This document shows, piece after piece, positions 12,408-24,651 of a stretch of 64,000 bases of DNA. Under the pieces are notes generated by a model. That model saw only the letters and a list, made by a program, of their open reading frames with translations. It ran no database searches and was not told where the DNA came from. The DNA is from Guillardia theta CCMP2712 (lineage: Eukaryota > Protista > Cryptophyta): positions 249,550-313,549 of the forward strand of contig NW_005434584.1 in NCBI RefSeq assembly GCF_000315625.1, given 5' to 3'. Within the stretch, counting starts at the first letter, position 1. Each line of letters begins with the position of its first letter. A program made the translations under genes and the position numbers.

Positions 12408-15400
12408 TTGCTCATCCCTCCTTTTCCCCTCCCATCTTCTTCCTCCTTCCTCTCTCATCTTTCTTTCACCTCCTCTACCTCCTTCCATCTCTTTCTCTTG
12501 CCGTGTCTTCTGTCCGTTCTCCCCTTTCACCTCTGTTCATCCTATCCTCCACCCCTCTCCTCCCCCCATCTCCACCTCTTTCCCTCCATCTCCTCCCTTC
12601 TCCTCCTCTTCTTCGATCTCACCAGCCCTTCAGGTTCGCGAGGAGGCGAGGAGGCTGCGCATGTTGGCGGTTGGGACCGGACGCAGCAGCGCGAGCAGCA
12701 GCAACACAAGCCAAGGGAACGGGCATAGCGGCGATAATGGCAGCAGCACCAGCAGCAGCAACGGGCATACGGCCAACACTGAGAGGGTAAGGAGAAGGAG
12801 AAGGAGAAGGAGGGGAGATAAGGGAGGAGGGGGGGAGGGGAAGGAGATACTTGGGGAGAGGAGATGGGAAAGTTGGAGAGGGATTGAGGAGGAGCTGCTG
12901 CTCAGTAGCAGGAGATGCTTGCTGACATTTTTCTCCTCGCAGGCGGAAAATCAGCTTGACAGTCCCGGCCAGACCTCCTCCTCCCCCCCGGCAGGGATGT
13001 CTTCCTCCGGGTCCACCAGCTCCCCAGCTCCTGTCGCCACGTCTTCGAGCAAGGGGCAGCAGGCGGAGAGCAAGGAGAGAAACTCTTCTCCCTCAAGCTC
13101 GAGCACGTCGGACCCCTCCAAGAACTCGTACATCGGGGGTGGGGTAGAAGAGAAGTGCAGGTCACAGGAGCAGAGCACGACGACCAACTCGAGCGAGAGC
13201 GGAGGAGTCGAGGGTCACAGCGAGGGGAGCGGGCAGGGGGAGGTGGCAAGCAGCGACATGAGCGGAGGAGGAGAGGGAGGGAGCGAGGGAGGAGAGGGAG
13301 GGAGCGACGGGGTGGGCTGCGGGAGCGAGGAGACGGGGGGGAGCGCGGTTGGGAGTTCTGGGATCGAGGGAGGGAGCGAGGGGAGCGGAGGAGCGGAGGG
13401 GGGGAGCGACGGGGGGAGCGAGTGGCGGGAGGACGAGTACTCTGCAGCGATGGAGACGGGGGAGAACGAGCCGGAGATGGAGAAGACGAGGAGGAGGAAA
13501 CGAGCAACTTCATGCTCGGGGCAGGAGGACAGGACGATAGGATGGGAGGAGAGCGGAGATACTGACTGGGCGCTGGCAATCGACATGGGATCGACATGCG
13601 TGCGCGTTTCGGTGAGTAGAGGGAGGATGAAGAGGAGGAGGAGATCAATAAGAGAGATGGTGGGGTGGGAGGAGAAGGAGGAGGAGGAGGAGAACAAGGA
13701 AGGAAAGGAGGAAGGGAGAAGAGAACAGTGAAGGAGGAGTTCATAGGAGATCATTTCAAGGAGTCTTACACTAGCTGGCAGCTCGTCGGCAAGGACGGGA
13801 GGCTGCTCGCTGGAGTGGAGGGGCAGAGGAGAGTCATCATGGACCTTCGCTCCCGCACCTTCTCAGCTGAGGAGTACCTGGCGGCCGCGTTCGCAGCTCT
13901 GGATGACACGCTCCTGCTCCTCCGCAAGCGCAACGCCATCATGAGCAGCTCAACGGGGAGGCAAGCTGAGATCTCGCTCTCCCCCCGCGCTGCCTCGCCC
14001 AAGGTCGCCAGCATCTCCTGCTTCGCCATGTCGCTCGTGGGACTCGGGGAGGGAGGGACGGCAGTCACGCCCATCTACACCTACGCTGATGCTCGAAACT
14101 CCGCGTGAGACCCTGTTGCTCCTGCTGCTCCTCCTCCTCCTCCTCCTCCTTCCGCTCTGTCTTCCTCTCTTTCTTCTTCTTCTTCTTCTTCTTCCTCCTC
14201 CTCCTCCTCCCTCCTCCTCCTCCCTCCTCCCTCCTCCTCTTCCTCCCTCCTCCCTCCTCCTCTTCCTCCCTCCTCCTCCTTCTCCTTCCTCGCTTTCTTC
14301 CACCTCTTACGTCCTCTCCTCTCCAGGTTCGCCAGCGAGCTCAAGCGCAAGCTAGCAGAGGAAGGCTCTCTCGACTTTGTGGAGAGAAGGACAGCACCGT
14401 TACAGTCCTGCTATGCTCCAGCTCTCTTCATGCGCCTCAAGCAGAGCGGAATCGACGCTGTACAGCCGGTGACTCTCCCTCCTACATCTCCTCCTCCTTC
14501 CCCTCCCCCTCCCCTCCTCCTCCTCCCCATCCTTCTCCACCACCTCCTCCTCCTGCACCGCCTCCTCTTCTCTTTTCATTCTCGTCCAGGTCAAGTCATG
14601 GAGCACTCTTTCCGGCTACTTCCTTTCTCAGCTCATCGGCAAATTTCAACCGGTCAGCAGCAGCACACCATCATCATCCTCCCTCCTCCTGCTCCTCTTC
14701 TCTTTTTCTCTTCCCTCCTCCTCACTTGCTCCCTCCTCCTCTTCCCTTTCTCTCTCTGACCCCGAGCAGGTGACCTTCTCGGAGGCGAGCTGGACGGGGC
14801 TGCTGGACAGGGAGGAGCTACAATGGCACCAGGGTCTCCTCAACCTACTCGGGGTCTCCCTCTCCTCCCTTCCTCCTCTCTGCGACGCCGACGATCTCTC
14901 CTTCGATCCTCTCCTCCCCTCCTTCGCTCAGCGCTGGCCCGAGCTCTCCCGCGTGCCGTGGGCTCGGGGGATCAGTGAAGGAGCAGCGGCGAGCGTCGGG
15001 ACAGGATGCGAGAGCAGAGCAAAGCTCTGCATCGCACTGGGGACCAACGCGGCCCTGCGCGTCTGCATCCCCTGTCGGGACAGGAGGAAGCCTGCGAGCA
15101 AGGGGAGCGGAGGTCACAAGGGAGGAGGGAGGAGCGAGCACTGGAAGCTGAGCAAGGCGGGGATGAAGCACAAGGAGGAGGCGGAGGTCGCGGAAGTGCC
15201 CAGGGGCTTGTGGTGCTACTCGGTCAAGCGGGACATGCAGATCGCGGGAGGGACGCTGATCGATGGAGGAAGCATCTACGCGTGGGGGCTGGAGCAGTTT
15301 GCTGGTGAGGAGGGAGGAGGGGAGTGGGGGAGGAGAGTGAGGAGGAGGAGGAGGGAAGGTGAGAAGAGGAGGAAGAAAAGGAGGAAGAGGAGGAGGTTGA

Positions 15401-16327
15401 AGGGGGGGACGAGGGAGGAGGAGGAGTGAAATTTTGTCTCTCAGGAGGTCTTGAGGGGATGGCTCGCCTTCAGGAAGAGGCTTCGGCCATGGACGCTGAC
15501 TCGCACGGCTTGACGGTCCTCCCTTTCTTTAATGGGGGATCGAGCACGGTAAGGAGGAGGAGGAGGAGGAAGAGGGAAAAATGATAATGATAATGATGAT
15601 GATGGTTGTAATGATAATGATAATGATGATGACGACGACGAGGAGGAGGAAGAGGAGGAAGCGGAGGAGGAGGCAACCTGATTCGTCGTCCAGGGTTTTC
15701 GGGACGGCGCTACGGGGACAGTGACTGGCATGACGCTCAAGACAAGCAGGGCAGACATTCTGAGAGCGATCATGGAGTCAGTCGCCCTCAGACTCCGCGG
15801 GATGTTCAACGCGATCCGCCCCCTCATGAACGAGAACGGGCTAGAGGTCAGACAGAGCCCTCCTGTTCCTCCCTCCTCCTCCTCCTCCTCCTCCTCCTCC
15901 TCCTCCTCCCTCCTGTTCCTCCCTCCTCCTCCTCCTCCTCCTCCTCCTCCTCCTCCCTCCTCCTCCTCCTGCTGCTGACGTCCAGCAGGTCTATGCTACG
16001 GGGGACGCGCTCTTCAAGTCTCCTCTCTGGCAGCAGATCCTCGCCGACTCCTTCGCCCTCCCCATCCGCATCCTTTCAGGCGCGACGGTCGCAGCGAGCA
16101 GAGGAGCCGCCATTCTAGCGGTGAGAGAGAAGAGGAGGAGGAGGAGGAGATGGTAGTCAAAGGCTGGCTTCTGATCGCTTGCTCGCAGTGGAGATCAATC
16201 GGGGAGGAGGCGACGGTGGAGCAGAAGGCAGAGACGACGGTGATGCCCGTTCCCTCCAGCGTTGCCGCGCTGGCCATGGCGTTCGAGCGGCAGGAGGCGC
16301 TGTTCAACCGCCTGCATCGCTCGTAGG
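11184..16327 (+). CDS. Telobox (TRF-like) Myb/SANT protein fused to a degenerate FGGY (gluconokinase-like) carbohydrate kinase domain
   Basis: Phase-compatible introns 11921-12032, 12201-12243, 12331-12633, 12787-12942 and 13612-13781. Myb: RWSDDEIQSLKKGVARF...WEHILKSYKFQSCRTARDLKDKWRQL. A S/G-rich linker in the same exon runs into WALAIDMGSTCVRVS, followed by FGGY motifs ISCFAMSLVG, TPIYTYADAR, TFSEASWTGL, GLWCYSV, GLTVLPFF and ILRAIMESVALRL; stop at 16327. Confidence 0.8.
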
Positions 16328-16379
16328 GACTTGTAAGTTAGGATAGAGCAAGTAGGAGGCTGAGAGACGCCTCTTGTTT

Positions 16380-19007
16380 CATAGGAGCAATCATGAAGAA
16401 CATGTAATAAGAACGAACTGCTTTCCAGCAAACACCTGCTGCTGCCGCTGTGCTTCTAAAGTTGTTTCCTTCTACCTCTTCTATTATCACTTCTAGACAC
16501 GCCTCTCTCCTCCATCTCCTCTCCTCCTCCTCATCGCTCGCTTACTCCCAGCATGAAGTTGGTGAAGGGCAGCCTCATCGAAGTCCCTCCCTCCTTCAAG
16601 TTCCACACCGACAGCAGCCTTCCGCACCCTGGGGAGGAGGCGACAAACTTCACCAGCCATGACCCCAGAGCGCGGAAGTCAGAGCTCGCATGCCTGTGGC
16701 TCGACTCTCCCTCGAAGCTGACGATGACAAGCTGCGGCTGGCAGCTCCTCATCTGCTTCTCCAGCCCCTCCAGCTTCTTCCGCATCTCCTGCGGCTGCGC
16801 CGGGTCCTGCAAGCCGAACACCGTGACGTCAGCATCGGCCAGCAGTGCGTCTGGGAAGCTGCTGCCTATGGCGTCGAGGACCAGCACGCTGCCGAGCCAG
16901 CTGTACCTCGTCCTCGCGTACAGGATGGCGAAAGAGAGGGGGAGAAAGTCGCCCGGGGCTCCCTGCTCAGTGCCCACGAACTTGGAGAAGATGGCGGCGG
17001 CATGTGCAGCGGAGGAGGAGCAGAGGCTGTCGATGCCTTGGAATAGGCAGCCCATGATGTTGCTGGTGGAGGACTGGGAGAGGCTCGATCCGAAGCTCCT
17101 CCGCAGCTCCTGCAACTCCTCCTCCTCCTCCCGCTCGCAGCTGCTGACGTCCACTCGCGCCATCGACGGAGCCTTTTCGGGACACTTACGCCATCCGTCA
17201 AGGCAGGCGCTGACAACGATGGAACAGCGCTCGGCCGAAAGACAGTCCTTGGGGTACAGGACGAGAGAGAGGGCAGGAGGCTGAGTCTGCGTCTCTTCCA
17301 CCTGTCCAAGAGCATGAGCAAGCACAAGGCAAGAACTGTCTGTCCTACCTCCACACGTGCGATGTCACGGTAGACAGAGGTGAAGAGCTGGTCTATAGAC
17401 GAGATCAGGCTCCTGGACAGTTGGCCGAGGGACTGCTGGGGCTCACTCGAGCTGCCCGGCTCGTCTTGAGTGAGCAGCACAAGGAACGCCGCGGCATGCC
17501 GCAGCTTCGCATGCCTCGCTTTGGTTGTCCTCACCTTGTCTGTGAAAAACTGCTTGTACTTAGATATGAGAAGTTTCCTTAAGCCAACTTGTCAGTCCAC
17601 GAGCAGGAGGGGAACTGACAGTCCCACCGCTGAGCATCTGACAGCGCGTCCGCTCCTCCCTCTTCTTCTATCGCGCTCTGATCCCGCGCCTTGTAGTGCT
17701 CCATCAAACGAGTCAGAGCTTCCCTGTTCCCACCACAGTCAGCTACCTCTACCTCCACCTCCACCTCCCTCGTTTCACTTGTCCTCTTTGATGGCCTCAT
17801 GCTCCTTCTGCAGGGCGTTGACCAGCACCTCGTTGCACTTGGACTTGAGGAACTCCTGCGTCTCCTTGAAGAAGTCCGCCATGTGACAGATGAGACTGAG
17901 TTGGTCCCCTGATACGCTCAAGTTCTGTAGCGCTCTGTTGAGCTCCGTCCTGCTCACGTTCAGCTGCAACGAGACTGCTCGCAGCTCTGGCTGGTCCATG
18001 TTCGGGGCCTCTGGCTCTTGACTCGGTCGAGCATCGTCGGTGGACTTGGAGGCAGCGGCCGTGTCGCCTTCCTGCATCAGCCTCTCCACCAGCTCCTTCT
18101 GCCTTGCGATCTCGGCGTTGACCTGGGCGATGGATCGCTTGACCCTCTCCTCCTCGGACTTGAGCTCTAGCAGCGCTTGCTTCGACTTGTTCAGCTCGAC
18201 CTTGTGTCTGTCTGCAACCATCTGCTCTCGCCTCCTCGCGTCCTCCACCTCCTTCCTCCTCGCCTCGTACTCCTCTCGCTTCTGGTCCACCTTGGTCGCC
18301 ATCTGCTGCGCGTACGCCACGAACCTATCCTCCACGTTCTCAGCTCCCTCTGACATCTTGAACTCGATGTCGAACGCCATGGCGACACATTCTTTGAGCG
18401 GCAGGTCGTTGAACTTGCCAAGATCCCTGAGGGTCTCGATGAACCTCTTGGGGAAGACCGACTGATGCATCATGCTCAGGATGGTGGCGTCGCCCGTGTA
18501 CGTCTCTGAAGTTATCTCCTTGTGCACTTGCATGATCTCTGACACAACCTTGGCACAAGATCTCCTGCCACACTCACAGATCAGTATATCGAATTTGGTA
18601 TGCATGCGAGTCTGTACTTGTCAAGGAACTCCGATGAAGCCTGAACAGCATCTGCCCAGTTCTCCAATGCCTTCAGGATGTCATCTACTGCAACTCCCTC
18701 TGGAAGCTGCATGCTCGCTTGAGCATGATCGTCCGATGCCTGAAAGGAAGGCGGTTTTACACGCTCCCTAGAGTGCTGGGACTCTAGATCAAATGAACTC
18801 TGAGATCTGTGATGAAATCAGAACAGAGAGAAGCATCATAACAACAGCGAACCTGCTCTGTTCTGGCACGTTGACCATAGATGGCGCATCTACAATCATT
18901 TCCTCACCGTTCTCGCCATGTTCCAGTCCTGCCATCGACGCCATAGTTTGCTCAAGGTACCTCCAAATTATCCTCACAGGAGAATCGCGACGCTCGCTTG
19001 CTTTGGT
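16380..19007 (-). CDS. Coiled-coil protein with a C-terminal degenerate histone-deacetylase-fold domain (multi-exon; ends approximate)
   Basis: Coiled-coil ORF 17775-18605. ORF 16531-17325 follows HDAC topology (SVLVLDAIG..., DADVTVFG, QPQLVIVSFEG, DFRALGSWL...CGRLLSVW) but lacks DxH, GxD and LEGGY. Confidence 0.5.
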
Positions 19008-19256
19008 GACAACCTGAAGGCTTCTTCTTCCTCTCAAGTCGATCTTGTGCTCCTTCCTCCGTCCTCTCCTCTCCTCTCGCTCCCTTCGCCTTCCCCGCTC
19101 CTCTCCTTATCTCCCGCCATTCCTCATGCCGCGCCCACCTCAGGTTCTGGATTTGTGGCCCATGTCCCTCATCCCCGCACATACCCGGCCCTGCCGCGAC
19201 CGGCGGACCGGGCCACGGGCAGCCAGCCGGGCAGCCCAGTGACCGGGCGGTTGGAG

Positions 19257-21378
19257 TTGAGGCCAAGTCCTTGAGCTGTCGAACTCGGAAAGAGGATCCG
19301 GTCGATCGACACGAAGCTCGAAGACACTGGAATCTTGAAGACGCAAGCGATCTGTCAGTTCAATGAAAGGAATGTTCGACGTTGAGAGCCACACGAGAGT
19401 CACTGTGAGGGCGAAGATGTTGATCGAGGGCATCGCGAGCGGCTTCCATGTGCACTTGGACGGCTCCGCGAATGGCGTCGGGATCATCAGACGAGTTGGA
19501 AAGGGCAGGAAGAGCCATTTGAGTTTTGACATGGCGGCCAAAAAGAATCTCGAATGGTGCAAGGCTGTTGAACGTTTGACAGAAGAATCGTAATGCATCT
19601 CGAAGAGAGGAAGAGCAAGAGTTCGAAAAGTCCAGAAGGCAGAAGAATCGTAATAGTCCAGAAGGCAGAAAAGAAGATTTTTGCATGACCTGAAATGATT
19701 TCGTTGGGAAGGCCTTGGTTGGTACAGACTTTCGAAACGAAAAGATCGGCAGCTTGTTGAGAGGTGAGAGTTCTCGAGTCGTAGTGAGAACGAGTCGGCG
19801 GGAAGCCGGAAACAACATCGATGGAAATTGTAGCAAAACGATCAGATGGAGCTGCTTAACTGTGCGAAGGGCTCATCTACGGCTTGCGATAAGTTTTGTA
19901 CCGAATGCAAGATTGACAGGAAAGAATGTAGCGTTCAACTTGTTGACAGGAACAAGAGCCAAATATGTTCGAGAGAATCCACGATGACTGTGAAGGTCAT
20001 GGGCACGGTAGAGAACTTCCTTGCGAACAGATTGAGGAATGCAAATGCGTTGCCGGTGAAGACTATCTGTTAGAATCAGGAGATGGTTAGTAACTGCTGG
20101 ATGGATTGTAGAACATGTACGATTGCATCGTGAAGAGATTGGACGCGAGAAACATTGTCACCAGGAACATCGAGAGCGAGAAGATGATGAAAATCTTGAT
20201 CCTCTGAATGCAAGATTGCATCGGTGCGTGGAGGTGTCCGGGTACTGGCGGCTGAGGGCGTCAGGGACAACATTGCCGGTACCTTTCACGTGCGCGATCT
20301 CGACGATAGAGAATTCACTGAGAGTTTCTAGCCAGCGGCGAAGACGACCTTTGAGATCCTTTTGGGTTTGAAAGTACGTGAGAGCCTTGCGATCAGTACG
20401 AATCTTTGATGGCCAAGAGTTCACGTTAAGTGGTTTGATAGTTTCTTTCTGCATCAGTTAAGAGGCGACTGTAGAATCCAATGACTTCCTCCTTCTTGTC
20501 AGCGTCGTACTGAAGAAGAACACCGCCGAGAGCTGTGTTTGAGGCGTCGGTGTGAACATCTGTCCTAAGCGCAGGATCAAAGTGAGAGAGAATTGGGGAG
20601 GAGGTTAACCGGTGTTTGAGAAGATCAAAGGCTTGCTGAAACTCGGGTGTCCATTGAAAGACAACATGCTTACGAAGAAGAGCATGAAGAGGAGCAGCAA
20701 TGTGAGCATAGTTGCGAATAAAGCGACGATAGTAGCCGGAGAGCTCAAGAAATATTTTGATCTCCTTGGCGTTGCTGGGTGGTGGCCAGTCAAGGATCGC
20801 ACTGGTCTTGCTGGATTGGGTCGATATGCCATCGGCGGAGATTTGATGACCGAGGAACTCGACACTATCTTGAAAGAGCTTGACTTTTGATTTCTTCAGG
20901 TAAACTTGATTCTCGCGACATCGCAGAAGAACACGACAAAGAGTGTTGAGGTGTTGATCAAACGTACCGAAATCAAGGATGAGCAAGTCATCAATGTACG
21001 GAAATACACTGGTAATATCACGAAAGAGAAGGGTAATCCATTCTTGGAAAATGTTGCTGGCGTGAATGTAGCCAAAGGGAAGATTACGAAACTGATGTTT
21101 GCCGAATTTGGTGATGATGGCGACGTATTTGCGATGATCAGGGGCAACAGGGATTTGCCAAAAACCGCGGAGAAGATCGAGAGCTGAAATCCAAAGTTTG
21201 TATTCAGAAGGGTGCAAGAAACGCTTGGATTTGCGAATGACCTCGGCGACAGATTCCAACATCTCCTCAGGGTTAGGAGCCTGTGGGTATCGTGGGTTGC
21301 TGTTGACCATGGCGTTGAGTTTTCTCAAGTCAGTGCAAAGACGATAGCTGGATGGATCTGTAGGAGATCGAGGGCGTC
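19257..21378 (-). mobile_element. Decayed Ty3/Gypsy pol fragment (RT, RNase H, integrase) with frameshifts and internal deletions
   Basis: LDLLRGFWQI, LPFG, YIDDLLI, FLGHQIS, TDVHTDAS, NVVPDALSR, APFEILFGR. Confidence 0.9.
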
Positions 21379-21570
21379 GGCCGCTCCTTGATCTTCTCCC
21401 GCCAGCACTCTCGCATGATCGCATACACTGCTGGAGGGCATGCAGCAGGAGCCGCTAGTCGCTCCCCGTCCACAACCTTGGGTCCTACAAGCTCATCGTC
21501 GGTGATGGCCCAGTAAGGGACTTTGCCGTAAGTCCAGACCTCCCACAGCGTCACCCCGAACGCCCACACG
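21375..21570 (-). pseudogene. Isolated protein tyrosine kinase fragment (subdomains IX-XI)
   Basis: VWAFGVTLWEVWTYGKVPY...RLAAPAACPPAVYAIMRECW...ERPT; no upstream kinase subdomains. Confidence 0.85.
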
Positions 21571-21789
21571 AGGAAACGAAGGAGGCAGCGAAAACCGCTA
21601 CTCCAACCACGCAAGCCTCGGCATGCACGACTAGCAGGGGAACAAGGATCAGGACAAAGAGCAGTAGCGCAAGGCCCCTGCGAGGAGGACGGCAAGACCC
21701 ATACGAGAGCGATACTGCCGAAACAGACGAGCACGCAAACGATGAAAGCCAGGGTCCCCATACACCGCCTCCTGAGCGCATCCATCCCA

Positions 21790-22960
21790 CTCCGCTGTCA
21801 GCGTAGCTCCATGGTGATCCGCCAGGTAGTCAGTCAGCATGAAGAAGACCATCCGTACCCGCAGTGAAGGGAAGAAAGGCCTTCGGCGGGTGATGGGTGC
21901 CAGTCCGGTTGTAGGGATGAGTCATCATGAAGTCCAGAACCAGCCCATTCCAGGTGTGGGTGGAGAGGCCAGGGAGCCAGAGGTCGCCCATGTGTCGCTT
22001 CCCGGTGACACAGATGTCGCGAAGAGCCACAGTACACTGCTCATGTGCGGTGGTCCAGAGAGCGGTGAGCGCGATGACGACAATTGGCCAAATGAGAGAC
22101 ACTGCTTCCCGCCGATGGATCCAGAGCTGTAGCACAACGATCACAGGTGGGAGGCAGCCTAGCCGGGGGTAGCCCATGCAGGAAGCGATCGACCCCTCGT
22201 TAGAAGGGTGAACGTTGGTGGCCTCCATCATAGGGTACTGCAAGCGACGCTGTGGGTTTTGAGTCTTCCGAAGGAGGGGCTCCAGGGGGAACGGGGTAGA
22301 AGACTGACTCGCTGACTCTGGGGGATAGAGCTGCACAGTGTAGCTGCCATGAGCCTAAACCCTAAACCCCGGAGGAGAGCTGCCTGAACCTGAGACAATT
22401 GCGCCCGCCGCTCAAGATGAGGGGGAAAAGTCTGCATCAACCGTCCAGTGACTGAGCGCTGGGGGGGGAGAAAAGGAGGTCCGCCCGCAAGTTGAAAGAG
22501 CGCTGGAGATGGGATCGAACTCCGACATCCCATCTGACTGTGCCAACGGGAAAGTCCGCTGCCTGTAAAGATGCAAGCCATTCCTGGGAAGATACCGGGG
22601 AAGCCGAACGCAACAACCCGTGGCCCGACGACGGCGGCGGGGGGACGGCCCGGCCCTGGCGTTAGAAGAGCTGGGCGGCGCCCGCCTTGCCGACGGCGAA
22701 GACCTTGAAGCCTCGGCCTCAGAGGGAGGCAGAGGGGCTCTGCTGGATGGAGGAGCTGTGAGCAAAGAGGCAGTGCTGATACACGTCTGTCTGATAGGTG
22801 TGCGACCGCCGAAAGGCTGTACGAAGCCTCTGAATCAGCACTGACTTGGCTCATCGGACAGCGGAGGAGTAGGTGGAGCCTCTGGCTCCGAGGGTCTGGC
22901 AGATGGGGGGTCCAAGGTAGCACCAGAACCTGTAGTAGATGAAGCTAAAGTCGTACCAGT
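21790..22960 (-). mobile_element. CRE/R2-group non-LTR retrotransposon 3' fragment (zinc finger remnant + restriction-like endonuclease)
   Basis: HLANC...WTTAHEQ zinc-finger remnant, then HMGDLWLPG...GLVLDFMMTHP...AFLPFTAGTDGLL, the REL-type PD..D pattern, internally deleted. Upstream boundary approximate. Confidence 0.55.
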
Positions 22961-23382
22961 GTTGCCAACGGAAAGATGATCGTTCGATGAAGAGGGCCCT
23001 CCTGATACCTCAGGGTCTCTGATAGGAGTTACTTGAGCGGTTACCGTCTAATTCAGTTAACCGTAGCTTAAGCTATCCATCGGTTATTATAAATCTATCC
23101 AAAAGCTTCCTATACGTTCAAGTTGGTTCAAGTTCATACTACCGGGTTGAAAGTACATCATCAGAATTGTCAATCCCTAACATTCGTAGCGTAAGGTTTG
23201 GTTTTTGTTTGAAGTAATTGCGGATTACGACAATTTGATTTCATCGAAAAGGAACTTGAAAGGCAACCTCTGGACATGCAATCGGATGTAGGAAGGACAA
23301 GAAGGTCTCCTGGAGATGGTCCTCTTGGGAGTTCAGGCTTGGCAACAATGCTTGACAACTTCAGAAGGATCTGAACATCCGA

Positions 23383-24430
23383 ATGTTCAGGGCTGATGCA
23401 ATATGCATGCAGAATGATGAGAGCATGTCGACGACACTACATGTTGATGCATCAAACAAGTTTGTTAAGCCAACTCCCCTGGCGAAATTTCATTCCACTG
23501 ATATTTCTCGATTTAATGGAGAAATGACGCTAGAGTATTCTGTTGCCAGTTGGTTTGGGGAACTTGACCAGCAGGTAGATATTGCCACCACGCTGGTAGG
23601 AAACAGGGTACGAGATTGGATGCTCACTTTGCGTGGAAACAACAAGCAAGCTGTCGATCGTGGTCCCTGGTAAGAATTTAAGAAAATCATGGTCGCAGAA
23701 TACCTTCCATACTCTCAGGTTCAAAACATTTTGAATCAAATAACTTATACTAAACAAGTCAGTAAGGAAAGGATCAGCAATTTCGTCGATCGTTTCTCAG
23801 CATTGGCAAATCATTATATTGCTTGTTGTATGACAGCTGAGAACGAGGCGGAATACATGAGCACGGCATGTACCAAATTTGGCTTAGAACGATACTTCGT
23901 GCAGAATTTGTCGAGTGAAGTAACAGCTAGTTTTGTACGGAAACTACTACTTTCGCTTGACAAGGAAAACGCTACATGTTGCCCGAGCTGTACCGCGAGG
24001 CAAAAGCTCTGAATGTGGCGCGATCGTTTACCGCGTCTTCGCAAGAAAGAGGTCACGTCGGATCTAGGGCAGTGAATGCGATCAGTGGTAAGAGCTAAAC
24101 CCCTGAGGTCGTCTCTCATCAGCTGACACTGTATTTGATCCAGGGGTAGTACCTCCAGATGCTGAAAGCAGAAATGTTGTGGTATGCAAGATGACGAGTA
24201 CAGCTCAAACGTACAAGTTGCCGTGCGTACCGCTTGAAATCAACGTATTGGGGAAGACTTTTACTTTAATCGCACTGCTAGACAGTGGGGCAGAAGAGAA
24301 TTTCATCTCAGTGGAATGTATGAAGCGTATTGGTTCGCAAGGTCGACAGGCAAAAGATCAAATTCTCTCAGTTTTCATGGCTGATGGAACCATTCGAATC
24401 TTGATGCAGAGAATTTTCGAGTTTACGCAC
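23383..24430 (+). mobile_element. Retrotransposon gag + aspartic protease fragment
   Basis: Gag-like SVASWFGEL and KQVSKERISNFVDRFSAL; protease ALLDSGAEENFIS; contains stops. Confidence 0.7.
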
Positions 24431-24651
24431 GATACCAGGACGCTGTTGTGGATTTGCCTACATGCTTATGCAAAAAAGGAGCGTGGCGGGCGGTGAGCGA
24501 CCCGCTGCTGGGGTGCGCCCCGCTGTCTTGGGGTGGCAACCTCCTGCAATGCATGGGGAGGGGAGCGTGAGCCGACCCGTTGTTTTTTCTCTCCGCCGAT
24601 TCATATAAATGGGGTGAGGGGGAGAGTGGGGTCAAGAGGATATTGTGGCAT

